DNA of 64,000 nt from Macrostomum hystrix (taxonomy: Eukaryota > Animalia > Platyhelminthes). A program made the translations under genes and the position numbers. The stretch covers positions 5,394,001-5,458,000 of the forward strand of contig CATNEN010000039.1 of assembly GCA_950097015.1 (NCBI GenBank), in the 5' to 3' direction. The notes under the pieces were generated by a model. The model worked only from the letters and a program-made list of their open reading frames with translations, made no database searches and was not told the DNA's origin. Positions 26,542 to 40,564 of the stretch are shown here, one piece after another (the stretch's first letter is position 1; each line of letters begins with the position of its first letter).

Positions 26542-27243
26542 TAGAGAGTGGGTGTGAATTAGAGAGTGTGTGGGTGCGAATTAGAGAGTGTGTGGGTGTG
26601 AATTAGAGAGTGATGGCAGAGGGTGAGTATGAATGGGAGACAGTGGGTGTGAATGGGAGACAGTGAGTGTGTATGGGAGAGAGTTGGTGTATATGGGAGA
26701 GAGTGGGTGTGAATGGGAGAGAGTGGGTGTGAATGGGAGAGAGTGGGTGTGAATGGGAGAGAGTGAATGTGAATGGGAGAGAGTGAGTGTGAATGGGAGA
26801 CAGTGGGTGTGAATGGGAGAGGGTGAGTGTGTATGGGAGAGAGTGGGTGTGAATGGGAGAGAGTGAGTGTGAATGGGAGAGAGTGGGTGTGAATGGGAGA
26901 GAGTGAGTGTGAATGGGAGAGAGTGAATGTGAATGGGAGACAGTGGGTGTGAATGGGAGAGAGTGAATGTGAATGGGAGACAGTGGGTGTGAATGGGAGA
27001 GAGTGAGTGTGAATGGGAGAGAGTGGGTGTGAATGGGAGACAGTGGGTGTGAATGGGAGAGAGTGAATGTGAATGGGAGACAGTGGGTGTGAATGGGAGA
27101 GAGTGAATGTGAATGGGAGACAGTGGGTGTGAATGGGAGAGAGTGGGTGTGAATGGGAGAGAGTGAGTGTGAATGGGAGAGAGTGAATGTGAATGGGAGA
27201 GAGTGGGTGTGAATGGGAGACTGAGGTGGTATGAATGGGAGAG
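26542..27243. repeat. 20-bp minisatellite (GAGTGGGTGTGAATGGGAGA)n
   Basis: Direct tandem repetition. Confidence 0.96.
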
Positions 27244-27621
27244 AAAAGTGTTCACTGTGTTATCGTGTTGCATACTCATATTATGTAAGCCATTGGGTCG
27301 CCCTACTCAGTAAAATCACAGCTGGGTAATGAAAGCAGGTCGCCAAACAAGTCACACGGCAGTCGTCTTATTTAGTATGCAATAATAATATTATTACTGC
27401 AGCATAATGCCTTGGCTGAAGCTCTAAACAGTTGGGCGATTCCCAGGACGCATTGCAGTTGTTGTAATGACTTTATCAATATGCAAATTGGCGCTCGAGT
27501 CTCATCTATTTCCGAGGCGAGGCACAATGTACATCTTCCAGCTGCTGGACAGTTTTTTCTTAGTTTTTTGTCTGAAATTGAACAGCTATTTCTATCTAGT
27601 TTATTTGTGCAACCATCAAGG

Positions 27622-28800
27622 ATAGATTAGCAATCCATTCTAATGCGAATAGATTAGCAATCCATTCTAATGCGAATAGATTAGCAATCCATTCTAATGC
27701 GAATAGATTAGCAATCCATTCTAATGCGAATAGATTAGCAATCCATTCTAATGCGAATAGATTAGCAATCCATTCTAATGCGAATAGATTAGCAATCCAT
27801 TCTAATGCGAATAGATTAGCAATCCATTCTAATGCGAATAGATTAGCAATCCATTCTAATGCGAATAGATTAGCAATCCATTCTAATGCGAATAGATTAG
27901 CAATCCATTCTAATGCGAATAGATTAGCAATCCATTCTAATGCGAATAGATTAGCAATCCATTCTAATGCGAATAGATTAGCAATCCATTCTAATGCGAA
28001 TAGATTAGCAATCCATTCTAATGCGAATAGATTAGCAATCCATTCTAATGCGAATAGATTAGCAATCCATTCTAATGCGAATAGACTAGCAATCCATTCT
28101 AATGCGAATAGATTAGCAATCCATTCTAATGCGAATAGATTAGCAATCCATTCTAATGCGAATAGATTAGCAATCCATTCTAATGCGAATAGATTAGCAA
28201 TCCATTCTAATGCGAATAGATTAGAAATCCATTCTAATGCGAATAGATTAGAGATCCATTCTAATGCGAATAGATTAGCAATCCATTCTAATGCGAATAG
28301 ATTAGCAATCCATTCTAATGCGAATAGATTAGCAATCCATTCTAATGCGAATAGATTAGCAATCCCTTCTAATGCGAATAGATTAGCAATCCATTCTAAT
28401 GCGAATAGATTAGCAATCCATTCTAATGCGAATAGATTAGCAATCCATTCTAATGCGATTAGATTAGCAATCCATTCTAATACGAATAGATTAGCAATCC
28501 ATTCTAATGTGAATAGATTAGCAATCCATTCTAATGCGAATAGATTAGCAATCCATTCTAATGCGAATAGATTAGCAATCCATTCTAATGTGAATAGATT
28601 AGCAATCCATTCTAATGCGAATAGATTAGCAATCCATTCTAATGCGAATAGATTAGCAATCCATTCTAATGCGAATAGATTAGAAATCCATTCTAATGCG
28701 AATAGATTAGCAATCCATTCTAATGCGAATAGATTAGCAATCCATTCTAATGCGAATAGATTAGCAATCCATTCTAATGCGAATAGATTAGCAATCCATT
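27622..28800. repeat. 27-bp minisatellite (ATAGATTAGCAATCCATTCTAATGCGA)n
   Basis: About 43 near-perfect units. Confidence 0.97.
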
Positions 28801-29390
28801 GTCTGCAATAATTTTCTTGTGGAAGAAGAAGAACAATGTCCCTGTATTTTGTTAGTAATTTGTCATTGTTAAAAACAGTTGAAATGCGCAATGGTGTTTA
28901 TCACGGGAATTCGCATTGCACAATCCAAGGCCATCATCTGGTGCTGCCAGTCAAGCCGACAGTCGACCTACTACCAGCGCATGACAAACACCACCCTCAC
29001 CGCTGTCCATTGTCCAATTAAAGAAGAGGTTTCTGATCAGCAGCAATCTTCACCAGTTCTGGCGACAATGGGTAGAAAAGATTTTTTTGGCGAGAAAAGG
29101 GGAAAATAGACAAAGCTGTGCTAATAGCGAACGCAACGAACGACTGATGTAAACACATCCGCCATCACGTAGTCAAATATGCAATAGATTCGTGACAGAG
29201 ATTATCAATGATTTGTGTTTACGCACTGACTTAGTCCAATGCTAGGGCTTGTTAAAGTGTCAGTCTCATTAGTTCTGCATTTTCTACTAGACAATTTACT
29301 AATCTTAACGCTCTTTTGCGAACTATAGTTAATTAAATGAACATTTTGTCTAACACTCTTTAGTACAAAACAAAATCTTCTCCACCCCTT

Positions 29391-30476
29391 TCCTCTCCTC
29401 TCCTCTCCTCTCCTCTCTTCTCCTCTCCTCTCCTCTCCTCTCCTCTCATCTCCTCTCCTCTCCTCTCCTCTCCTCTCCTCTCCTCTCCTCTCCTCTCCTC
29501 TCCTCTCCTCTCCTCTCCTCTCCTCTCCTCTCCTCTCCTCTCCTCTCATCTCCTCTCCTCTCCTCTCCTCTCCTCTCCTCTCCTCTCCTCTCCTCTCCTC
29601 TCTTCTCCTCTCCTCTCCTCTCCTCTCCTCTCCTCTCCTCTCCTCTCCTCTCCTCTCCTCTCCTCTCCTCTCCTCTCTTCTCCTCTCCTCTCCTCTCCTC
29701 TCCTCTCATCTCATCTCCTCTCCTCTCCTCTCCTCTCATCTCCTCTCCTCTCCTCTCCTCTCCTCTCCTCTCCTCTCCTCTCCTCTCCTCTCCTCTCCTC
29801 TCATCTCCTCTCCTCTCCTCTCCTCTCCTCTCCTCTCCTCTCCTCTCCTCTCTTCTCCTCTCCTCTCCTCTCCTCTCCTCTCCTCTCCTCTCCTCTCCTC
29901 TCCTCTCCTCTCCTCTCCTCTCCTCTCCTCTCCTCTCCTCTCCTCTCCTCTCCTCTCCTCTCCTCTCCTCTCCTCTCCTCTCCTCTCCTCTCCTCTCCTC
30001 TCCTCTCCTCTCTTCTCCTCTCCTCTCCTCTCCTCTCCTCTCCTCTCATCTCCTCTCCTCTCCTCTCCTCTCCTCTCCTCTCCTCTCCTCTCTTCTCCTC
30101 TCCTCTCCTCTCCTCTCCTCTCCTCTCCTCTCCTCTCTTCTCCTCTCCTCCCCTTTCCTCTCCTCTCCTCTCCTCTCCTTTCCTTTCCTCTCCTCTCCTC
30201 TCCTCTCCTCTCCTCTCCTCTCCTCTCCTCTCCTCTCTTCTCCTCTCCTCTCCTCTCCTCTCCTCTCCTCTCCTCTCCTCTCTTCTCCTCTCCTCCCCTT
30301 TCCTCTCCTCTCCTCTCCTCTCCTCTCCTCTCCTCTCCTCTCCTCTCCTCTCCTCTCCTCTCCTCTCCTCTCCTCTCCTCTCCTCTCCTCTCCTCTCCTC
30401 TCCTCTCCTCTCCTCTCCTCTCTTCTCTTCTCCTCTCCTCTCCTCTCCTCTCCTCTCCTCTCCTCTCCTCTCCTCC
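29391..30476. repeat. (TCCTC)n microsatellite
   Basis: About 1.1 kb polypyrimidine run. Confidence 0.98.
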
Positions 30477-31146
30477 TAGTCGTTACATTTCGCTTCCCCC
30501 AACACCCACAGCCTCGAATAGTGTGAGAAAATTAAAAAATCCCAAATTGCTTGGTTGTGATCCTCTTCTAATAGAACAGAATCTATGAACTATCCAATCT
30601 CGCCCACGGCTGCAAGCGGCTCTGCCATCTCACCGGCTGAGTACCCACCTCAACTACCCAGTAAATTATTCATTAGTCAGTCAGTGCACCTTCTGTGTAG
30701 ACTTGAGCCAGCTGGCCTGTTTGATATAAAATATTGCCTTGTTTAGAGGATAGAAGAGAAACAGTCTGGTTGAGGAGCGGGTGGGGACTTGACGGGGAGA
30801 CAAGAACCCGGAGTTGCTGACCGTCGATGAAGGCGCTTTGGAAAAATTTGTTATAGTCGATCCATGCTCAAGTGCTCAGTCGTGCTCAGATAATGAGTTG
30901 GCTAAAACTATAGCTTTTTTCTGCCAGTTTTTAGGACACGGACACAGGTGGGTCCTGACACACATGACAGGCCTGTACGGCTTGGCAAAACCAGCCCATA
31001 GTACTGTGTTTTGCTGCTGGGACTGTATTGCTATACGAGCGTAGGTAGCGCACTAATATAAGCATATATGCGTAAAATATTGACCCGATTCTTGATGAAA
31101 TCGTCTTTTTCTAGAATAAATAATTCTTCATGCAATGATACATGCC

Positions 31147-31592
31147 TTTCAGAATGACCGAAATGACTTTCAGAATTACCCATCACTTTCAGAATGACCT
31201 ATATGACCTTTAGAATGACCTATATGACTTTCAGAGTGACCTATCTAAATTTCAGAATGACCTATATGACCTTTAGAAGGACCTATATGACCTTTAGGTC
31301 ATATGTGACCTATATGATTTTCAGAATGACCTATATGACCTTTAGAAGGACCTATGTGACTTTCAGAATAACCTATATGATTTTCAGATGACCTATATGA
31401 CCTTTAGGTCATATGTGGCCTATATGATTTTCAGATGACCTATCTAACTTTCAGAATGACCAATACTTCATGGAATGACCAATACTTCATGGAATGACCA
31501 ATACTTCATGGAATGACCAATACTTCATGGAATGACCAATACTTCATGGAATGACCAATACATCATTGAATGACCAATGCTTCATGGAATGA
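31147..31592. repeat. Compound minisatellite: about 21-bp (AGAATGACCTATATGACCTTT) then 19-bp (GGAATGACCAATACTTCAT)
   Basis: Direct tandem repetition sharing a GAATGACC core. Confidence 0.9.
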
Positions 31593-31994
31593 TCGAGCCT
31601 GAGAATGAGCGGTTCTGCTCCGGTTTGAAAAGACCCACTCCATTAGCCAGGGGGGGCAGTTGTGCCCGCACCGCTGACGAATTCAATTAAAACGGAACAG
31701 ACAAAAGTCCAAGTCAACAGGAGGGTTTCCCTTCGCGACCAGATCTCGAGATTAATAAACTGGCATTTGCATAAGCAGATTAGAGTAAGTTGTTCTCAGA
31801 CTCCTCTGCTGCATCTGTTTGAGCAGCTACTGGAATAAATTTGACCGCTTCTCGCCTCGTCCCTGGCGGAATTTTCGACCGTCTGTCGCACCTCCTTGAT
31901 CTCGATGAAGAGCGGAAAAGGGAAAAGGGGAGAAAATGATTCAGCTAACAAATGGTGCAAATTGAGTGACAGGCGCCGAGTTTTCTGCAACCCT

Positions 31995-32229
31995 CGCCCT
32001 GTTGCCCTGTCGCCCTGTCGCCCTGTCGCCCTGTCGCCCTGTCGCCCTGTCGCCCTGTCGCCCTGGCGCCCTGTCGCCCTGGCGCCCTGTCGCCCTGGCG
32101 CCCTGTCGCCCTGTCGCCCTGTCGCCCTGTCGCCCTGTCGCCCTGTCGCCCTGTCGCCCTGTCGCCCTGTCGCCCTGTCGCCCTGTCGCCCTGTCGCCCT
32201 GTCGCCCTGTCGCCCTGTCGCCCTGGCGC
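31995..32229. repeat. 8-bp repeat (CGCCCTGT)n
   Basis: Direct reading. Confidence 0.97.
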
Positions 32230-32439
32230 CGATTTGATTGAAGACACAAGATATGCTGAACTACGAGCGTAGCATTGTCTCACCTCTTATCAATTAGCCT
32301 TGACGAATCGTAACTTTGCCCATTAGCCACTTGTGTCACTAGATGGCTAATGACAAATATCAATTTTAAAAGCTTTTTATCAAAACAATCGTTTTCTCTG
32401 TATCATTGTCTACATGCCTATTTCCATCTCCATTAATAT

Positions 32440-33540
32440 CCCCTATTCCTATTCCTATTCCCGTCCCTATTCCCGTCCCTATTCCCATTCCTATTCCCGT
32501 CCCTATTCCCATTCCTATTCCCATCCCTATTCTTACCCCTATTCCCATTCCTATTCCCATCCCTATTCTTACCCCTATTCCCATTTCTATTCCCGTCCCT
32601 ATTCCCATCCCTATTCCCATCCCTATTCTTATCCACATTTCCATTCTTATTCCCATCCCTATTCCCATCCCTATTCTTATCCATATTCCCATCTCTATTC
32701 CGATCCCCTATTCCCATCCCTATTTCCATTCCTATTCCCATCCCTATTCTTATCCATATTCCCATCCCTATTCCTATCCCTATTCCCATTCCTATTCCCA
32801 TTCCTATTCCCGTCCCTATTCCCATCCCTATTCCCATCCCTATTCTCATTCCTATTCCCATCCCTATTCTTATCCATATTTCCATTCCTATTCCCATCCC
32901 TATTCTTACCCCTATTCCCATTCCTATTCCCGTCCCTATTCCCATCCCTATTCCCATCCCTATTCTTATCCACATTTCCATTCTTATTCCCATCCCTATT
33001 CCCATCCCTATTCTTATCCATATTCCCATCTCTATTCCGATCCCCTATTCCCATCCCTATTTCCATTCCTATTCCCATCCCTATTCTTATCCATATTCCC
33101 ATCCCTATTCCTATCCCTATTCCCATTCCTATTCCCATTCCTATTCCCGTCCCTATTCCCATCCCTATTCCCATCCCTATTCTTACCCCTATTCCCATTC
33201 CTATTCCCGTCCCTATTCCCATCCCTATTCCCATCCCTATTCTTATCCACATTTCCATTCCTATTCGCATCCCTATTCCCATCCCTATTCCCATCCCTAT
33301 TCTTATCCATATTCCCATCTCTATTCCAATCCCCTATTCCCATCCCTACTCCCATCCCTATTCTTATCCCTATTCCCATCAATATTTCCATTCACATTCC
33401 GATCCATATTCCCATCCCAATTCCCATTCCTATTCCCATCCCAATTCCCATCCCAATTCCCATTCCTATTCCCATTCCTATTCCCATGCCAATACCAATA
33501 CCCCATGCCGTATCCCCATCTCTATTCCCTCCCTATTCCC
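32440..33540. repeat. 12-bp repeat (CCTATTCCCATY)n with higher-order duplication
   Basis: Direct reading; variant CTCTATTCCRATCCCC recurs at about 32692, 33030 and 33319. Confidence 0.95.
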
Positions 33541-34042
33541 GTTCCTGTCTTAGTGTGCCCCGCCGTCATAGTTGAGTCAGGGAGTGGAAAGCTGCACCAG
33601 ACGGCGCAGGATAATCAATTGGCCATGGGATTCGGGATTCATCGACTCCAGTCGAGCGCCCCTTGATGGGCGAGGTTCTTCCCACTGGTTGCTGTCGCTA
33701 ACCGCAGAAATTTTCGAAAGTCCTCTTGGGACCTGTTCTCCCCGCCGCCCTCCCCGCTTCTCTATTTTCTTATCCCACTCTCGATCTCGTTCTCCCAAAA
33801 AGTCAGTTAAAATCCCCACAGGGCTCTAAACGCAGGAAAAATGGCTTGGCCCTTTGACAATCATAACAAGACCAACAAATTGTCGATCGTAACTTAATTT
33901 TTAACCGAATTCTCTGATTTTCACAGGCCAGCAGATTGCGTGTTAAGACCTCGATACCTGAGGGAAACCAGCCCCATTGCTGAACAAAAACTTTGACTCC
34001 TTGGATGAGGTTTATTAACAATACTTAGCCATCTCATCTAAA

Positions 34043-34800
34043 ATGGGATTAGGATGGGATGGGATGGGATGGATTAGGATGGGATTAGGATGGGATGGGA
34101 TGGGATGGATTTGGATAGGATGGAATGGGATGGATAAGGGTGGGATGGGATGGATTTGGATAGGATGGAATGGGATGGATTAGGATGGGATGGGATGGAT
34201 TTGGATAGGATGGGATGGGATGGGATGGGATGGGATGGATTTGGATAGGATGGGATGGGATGGGATGGGATGGATTTGGATAGGATGGGATGGGATGGGA
34301 TGGACTAGGATGGGATGGGATGTGATGGGATGGGATGGATTTGGATAGGATGGGATGGGATGGATTTGGATGGGATGGATTTGGATGGGATGGATTTGGA
34401 TGGGATGGGATGGGATGGATTAGGATGGGATGGGATGGGATGGATTAGGATGGGATGGGATGAGATGGGATGGGATGGGATGGGATGGGATGGGATGGGA
34501 TGGGATGGGATGGGATGGGATGGATTTGGATAGGATGGGATGGGATGGGATGGATTTGGATAGGATGGGATGGGATGGATTAGGATGGGATGGGATGGGA
34601 TGGATTAGGATGGGATGGGATGGGATGGATTAGGATGGGATGGGATGAGATGGGATGGGATGGGATGGGATGGGATGGGATGGGATGGGATGGGATGGGA
34701 TGGGATGGATTTGGATAGGATGGGATGGGATGGGATGGATTTGGATAGGATGGGATGGGATGGATTAGGATGGGATGGGATGGGATGGGATGGGATGGGA
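34043..34800. repeat. (GGGAT)n microsatellite
   Basis: Direct reading. Confidence 0.97.
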
Positions 34801-35317
34801 ACTTTTTGGTTTAGTACAGTCGCCATTGAGGCCAACAATAAAGCATTTTCTGATTTGCTGATTCTGTCAAATTAACAAGTACCTGATCAAGGTAACTGAA
34901 TGCTGTGAGCTCAGGCCTTGTATATCAGCAATATGTACAAAACAATAGCTGTAACTGCGTTTGTGTCCAAACGAGATCGTGAGCAAGAGTTTCTTCCGCC
35001 AGCCATTTTGAGCATGGTCAACCGGAATGGTATATAAATATATACAAATCGTTTTTTGCTCGTTGCTTGACTACTACTATGACTGCGACAGAGTGAATGA
35101 ATCGCGGTGTTAAGGTATATTCTACTGCTACAAGCACTCAGCGATAATGTTGCTGTCTCATGTGTCCATTAATTAATGACAAATCATAAGGACTTCTGGA
35201 CAATTGATTACTGGATTGTACATGGTCCAACCGCGTTTAGTATTCTGTTACTGAAAATATCTATGTTAATATGGGCTGCGAATATGCACAGATTCTGTGT
35301 GGAAATGCAAAATGTCA

Positions 35318-36230
35318 GTGTGAAAATCTATAGATTCTGTGTGAAAATCTATAGATTCTGGGTGAAAATCTATAGATTCTGTGTGAAAATCTATAGATTC
35401 TGTGTGAAAATCTATAGATTCTGTGTGAAAATCTTTTGATTCTGTGTGAAAATCTTTTGATTCTGTGTGAAAATCTATAGATTCTGTGTGAAAATCTTTT
35501 GATTCTGTGTGAAAATCTATAGATTCTGTGTGAAAATCTTTTGATTCTGGGTGAAAATCTATAGATTCTGTGTGAAAATCTATAGATTCTGTGTGAAAAT
35601 CTATAGATTCTGTGTGAAAATCTTTTGATTCTGGGTGAAAATCTATATATTCTGTGTGAAAATCTATAGATTCTGTGTGAAAATCTATAGATTCTGTGTG
35701 AAAATCTTTTGATTCTGTGTGAAAATCTTTTGATTCTGGGTGAAAATCTATAGATTCTGTGTGAAAATCTATAGATTCTCTGTGAAAATCTATAGATTCT
35801 GTGTGAAAATCTATAGATTCTGTGTGAAAATCTATAGATTCTGTGTGAAAATCTTTTGATTCTGTGTGAAAATCTTTTGATTCTGGGTGAAAATCTATAG
35901 ATTCTGTGTGAAAATCTATAGATTCTCTGTGAAAATCTATAGATTCTGTGTGAAAATCTATAGATTCTGTGTGAAAGTCTATAGATTCTGTGGGAAAATC
36001 TTTTGATTCTGGGTGAAAATCTATATATTCTGTGTGAAAATCTATAGATTCTGTGTGAAAATCTATAGATTCTGTGTGAAAATCTATAGATTCTGTGTGA
36101 AAATCTTTTGATTCTGGGTGTAAATCTATAGATTCTGTGTGAAAATCTTTTGATTCTGGGTGAAAATCTATAGATTCTGTAAATCTGTAGATTCTGTAAA
36201 TCTGTAGATTCTGTAAATCTGTAAATTCTG
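35318..36230. repeat. 21-bp minisatellite (TGTGAAAATCTATAGATTCTG)n
   Basis: Direct tandem repetition; unit contains the palindrome AATCTATAGATT. Confidence 0.96.
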
Positions 36231-36682
36231 TTTTCTTGGTTGCACTGGATGTTTTTTCTTAGCCCTCTTATTCCAAGTTTGCTATCTCTCCCGTAGATCT
36301 CACAGTTCCCCTCTACTCAAACTGTCTACAACAGTCGAGTCTCCCGAAGAAAGTGTCCGTCACTGTCCGGCCAAAAGGATTAACGCTCTCGGAAATTGCT
36401 AGCTTAACTCGCTACGCCGAATATCCCACCCAGTGGGATGTCCGCATCACTGCAGTGGCTGCTCTACTTCCCAATAGCTAATTTGTTTGCATAGAAGGAG
36501 GAATGGGACAGGGTAAAATATTTCCCAAGCTCCTCCTGTTGATTGCGGGCAAACCCGAATGATCCCCAGACATTCTCAGGGGTCGAAGCGCCTTAGTACG
36601 ATGGGATAAATGAGGAATAAAAAAAACATTAGTCGACTCGCGGACAAGGAGATTTGGCCACAGAAAATTGAGAACTTTACTG

Positions 36683-38212
36683 ACTGACACTAGTACTGAC
36701 TGTTGTACGAGCTGACACTATACTGAATGTTTGACACAATCTGACACTAGTTCCACTGCTGTACGAGCTGACACTAGTACTGACTGCTGTACGAGCTGAC
36801 ACTATACTGACTGTTGTACGAGCTGACACTAGTACTGACTGTTGTACGAGCTGACACTAGTACTGACTTTTGTATGATCTGACAATAGTACTGACTGCTG
36901 TATTATCTGACACTATATTGAATGTTTGACACAATCTGACACTAGTTCCACTGTTGTACGAGCTGACACTAGTACTGACTGTTGTATGATCTGACACTAG
37001 TACTGACTGTTGTACGAGCTGACACTAGCACTGACTGTTGTATGATCTGACACTAGTACTGACTTTTGTATGATCTGACAATAGTACTGACTGCTGTATT
37101 ATCTGACACTATATTGAATGTTTAACATAATCTGACACTAGTTCCACTGTTGTACGAGCTGACACTAGTACTGACTGTTGTACGAGCTGACACTAGTACT
37201 GACTTTTGTATGAGCTGACACTAGTACTGACTGCTGTATTATCTGACACTATATTGAATGTTTGACACAATCTGACACTAGTTCCACTGTTGTACGAGCT
37301 GACACTAGTACTGACTGTTGTATGATCTGACACTAGTTCCACTGTTGTACGAGCTGACACTAGTACTGACTGTTGTACGAGCTGACACTAGTACTGACTG
37401 TTGTACGATCTGACAATAGTACTGACTGTTGTATGATCTGACACTAGTACTGACTGTTGTACGATCTGACACTAGTACTGACTTTTGTATGAGCTGACAC
37501 TAGTACTGACTGCTGTATTATCTGACACTATATTGAATGTTTGACACAATCTGACACTAGTTCCACTGTTGTACGAGCTGACACTAGTACTGACTTTTGT
37601 ATGAGCTGTCACTAGTACTGACTTTTGTATGATCTGACACTAGTACTGACTTTTGTATGATCTGACACTAGTACTGACTTTTGTATGATCTGACACTAGT
37701 ACTGACTTTTGTATGATCTGACACTAGTACTGACTTTTGTATGATCTGACACTAGTACTGACTGTTGTATGATCTCACACTAGTACTGACTTTTGTATGA
37801 TCTGACAATAGTACTGACTGCTGTATTATCTGACACTATACTGAATGTTTGACACAATCTGACACTAGTTCCACTGTTGTACGAGCTGACACTAGTACTG
37901 ACTTTTGTATGATCTGACACTAGCACTGACTGTTGTATGATCTCACACTAGTACTGACTTTTGTATGATCTGACAATAGTACTGACTGCTGTATTATCTG
38001 ACACTATACTGAATGTTTGACACAATCTGACACTAGTTCCACTGTTGTACGAGCTGACACTAGTACTGACTGTTGTATGATCTGACACTAGTACTGACTG
38101 TTGTACGAGCTGACACTAGCACTGACTGTTGTACGAGCTGACACTAGTACTGACTTTTTTATGATCACTGTACTAGTTGTACTGACTGTTTTACGAAATC
38201 TGACACTAGTGT
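36683..38212. repeat. 28-bp minisatellite (CTGACACTAGTACTGACTGTTGTACGAG)n
   Basis: Direct tandem repetition with recurring variants. Confidence 0.95.
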
Positions 38213-38761
38213 CAACAGCTATTCACAACCTAACACTGCTTATAACCTACCCAGCCCAGTCTATGAAACTCAAAAAACCTCGCTTGACAATAATCCAGAG
38301 TTGAAAATAAGAGACACAACAAAGAATGGCTTTCAAATCCGCGAAGCAATTAGCAGGAAACGTTGCCCAGACAGGTTATTTTCAAATAAGAAATTCAATG
38401 AGATTCAATATTTCGAAACACGTTTGGAACTTCCTGAGAGTGAGTGACTTCTTTTCAGACTCTAGAGTAAGTTTAGCACGCGATTTAGCTTGACGACAAG
38501 TTATTTTATATTGATCCATCACTTGAAGTTTCACATACTCCGAAAGGAAATCCCCTGACGTGATAATGGTAATGCTTTTTTTCCAAGTTATTTTTTTGCA
38601 CGAGTCTAGAATATAAGTAACGGATAACACCAATAATACTGCCAATGGTTTGTTGCTATGGGGTTGTGGCGAGGCTGCTTCAGCCGAAAAGGTAGGAGAA
38701 TGTTGGACGAGAGGGCGAGAGAGGGGATGAGAGTGGATGAGAAGATATGATATGGGTGCTA

Positions 38762-39890
38762 GGGGATCATAAGGATCAGAGGGGATCAGAGGGGATCAGA
38801 GCGATCAGAAGGGATAAAATGGGTTCAGAGGGCATCAGAGGGATCAGAGGGGATCAGAGGGAATCAGAGGGGATCAGAGGGAATCACAGGGGATCAGAGG
38901 GAATCACAGGGGATCAGAGGGGATCAGAGGGGATCAGAGGGGATCAGAGGGGATCAGAGGGGATCAGAGGGAATCACAGGGGATCAGAGGGAATCACAGG
39001 GGATCAGAGGGGATCAGAGGGAATCACAGGGGATCAGAGGGAATCACAGGGGATCAGAGGGGATCAGAGGGGATCAGAGGGGATCAGAGGGGATCAGAGG
39101 GGATCAGAGGGAATCACAGGGGATCAGAGGGAATCACAGGGGATCAGAGGGAATCACAGGGGATCAGAGGGGATCAGAGGGGATCAGAGGGGATCAGAGG
39201 GGATCAGAGGGGATCAGAAGGGATCAGTGGGTATCAGAGTGGATCAGAGGGATCAGAGGGGATCAGAGGGGATCAGAGGGGATCAGAGTGGATCAGAGGG
39301 GATCAGAGTGGATCAGAGGGATCAGAGGGGATCAGAAGGGATCAGAGCGGATCAGATTGGATCAGAGTGGATCAGATTGGATCAGAGGGGATCAGAGGGG
39401 ATCAGAGGGGATCAGAGGGGATCAGAGGGGATCAGAGGGGATCAGAGGGGATCAGAAGGGATCAGTGGGGATCAGAGTGGATCAGAGGGGATCAGAGGGA
39501 TCAGAGGGATCAGAGGGGATCAGAGTGGATCAGAGTGGATCAGAGTGGATCAGAGTGGATCAGAGGGATCAGAGGGGATCAGAGGGATCAGAGGGGATCA
39601 GAGGGGATCAGAGTGGATCAGAGTGGATCAGAGGGGATCAGAGTGGATCAGAGGGATCAGAGGGGATCAGAAGGGATCAGAGCGGATCAGATTGGATCAG
39701 AGGGGATCAGAGGGGATCAGAGGGGATCAGAGGGGATCAGAGGGGATCAGAGGGGATCAGAGGGGATCAGAAGGGATCAGTGGGGATCAGAGTGGATCAG
39801 AGGGGATCAGAAGGGATCAGTGGGGATCAGAGTGGATCAGAGGGGATCAAAGGGGATCAAAGGGGATCAGAGGGATCAGATGAGATCAGA
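38762..39890. repeat. 10-bp repeat (GGATCAGAGG)n
   Basis: Direct reading. Confidence 0.97.
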
Positions 39891-40564
39891 GAGAAATCGT
39901 AGCGAAGGTAAAGAATATTAATTAAATAAAAAATTTTCCTGCCAAAAATAATAAAATACTTTCTTGGAAACGGGCCTTCTGAGTCTGCACTTACCAGCAA
40001 ACGGCCGGTTGTGAGTGGAACGGACTGCAAACTCTCGCAGCCTCACACGTGATTTACAGGCGCCGTCGCAGTGAAGATAACTTTAATTTATTTGATATTT
40101 TGTGATATGACAAAAGGCCCGGCTAAGTTGAAATCCTCTTTTTTAAATGAACTTTCTTAATTATTGAAGGGACTAATGAACTGCCAAAATCAAAGAATAA
40201 CTTGACGAGAAGCCAATAATAGCTTGCGGTGTGAGTGCATAGAACGACCTGACAATGGGCCATTGCAGTTCAGACCCTTATATTCTTTGCAGCTTTCGGT
40301 TGCCCTATTGACTGGTTGAGGAGGGAGGAGGGGCGCACTAGCTCTGCCCTCATTGGCTGATTGGCTATGGGGCTGTTCTGGTTAGTGTCCACTGCCGCGT
40401 GCTGTTTGCAATAGTGAAGCACTGGTGGCAAAAAAGTCTAGAGGATAATGGGGAGTCAGAAAATATGAGGGAGGGGAGATCGGATGGGAAAATTTAGAAA
40501 GAAATGAAATATATAAAATTAGAGCGTAGAGGTTAGATAATAGAGTGACTCTGATTTAGCAGAA

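Noticed and set aside
34980-35045. Promoter-like motifs in spacers (GCCATTTTG plus TATATAAA here; paired ATTGG near 40352; CCAAT near 15247)
   Set aside because: Short motifs with no linked transcript evidence
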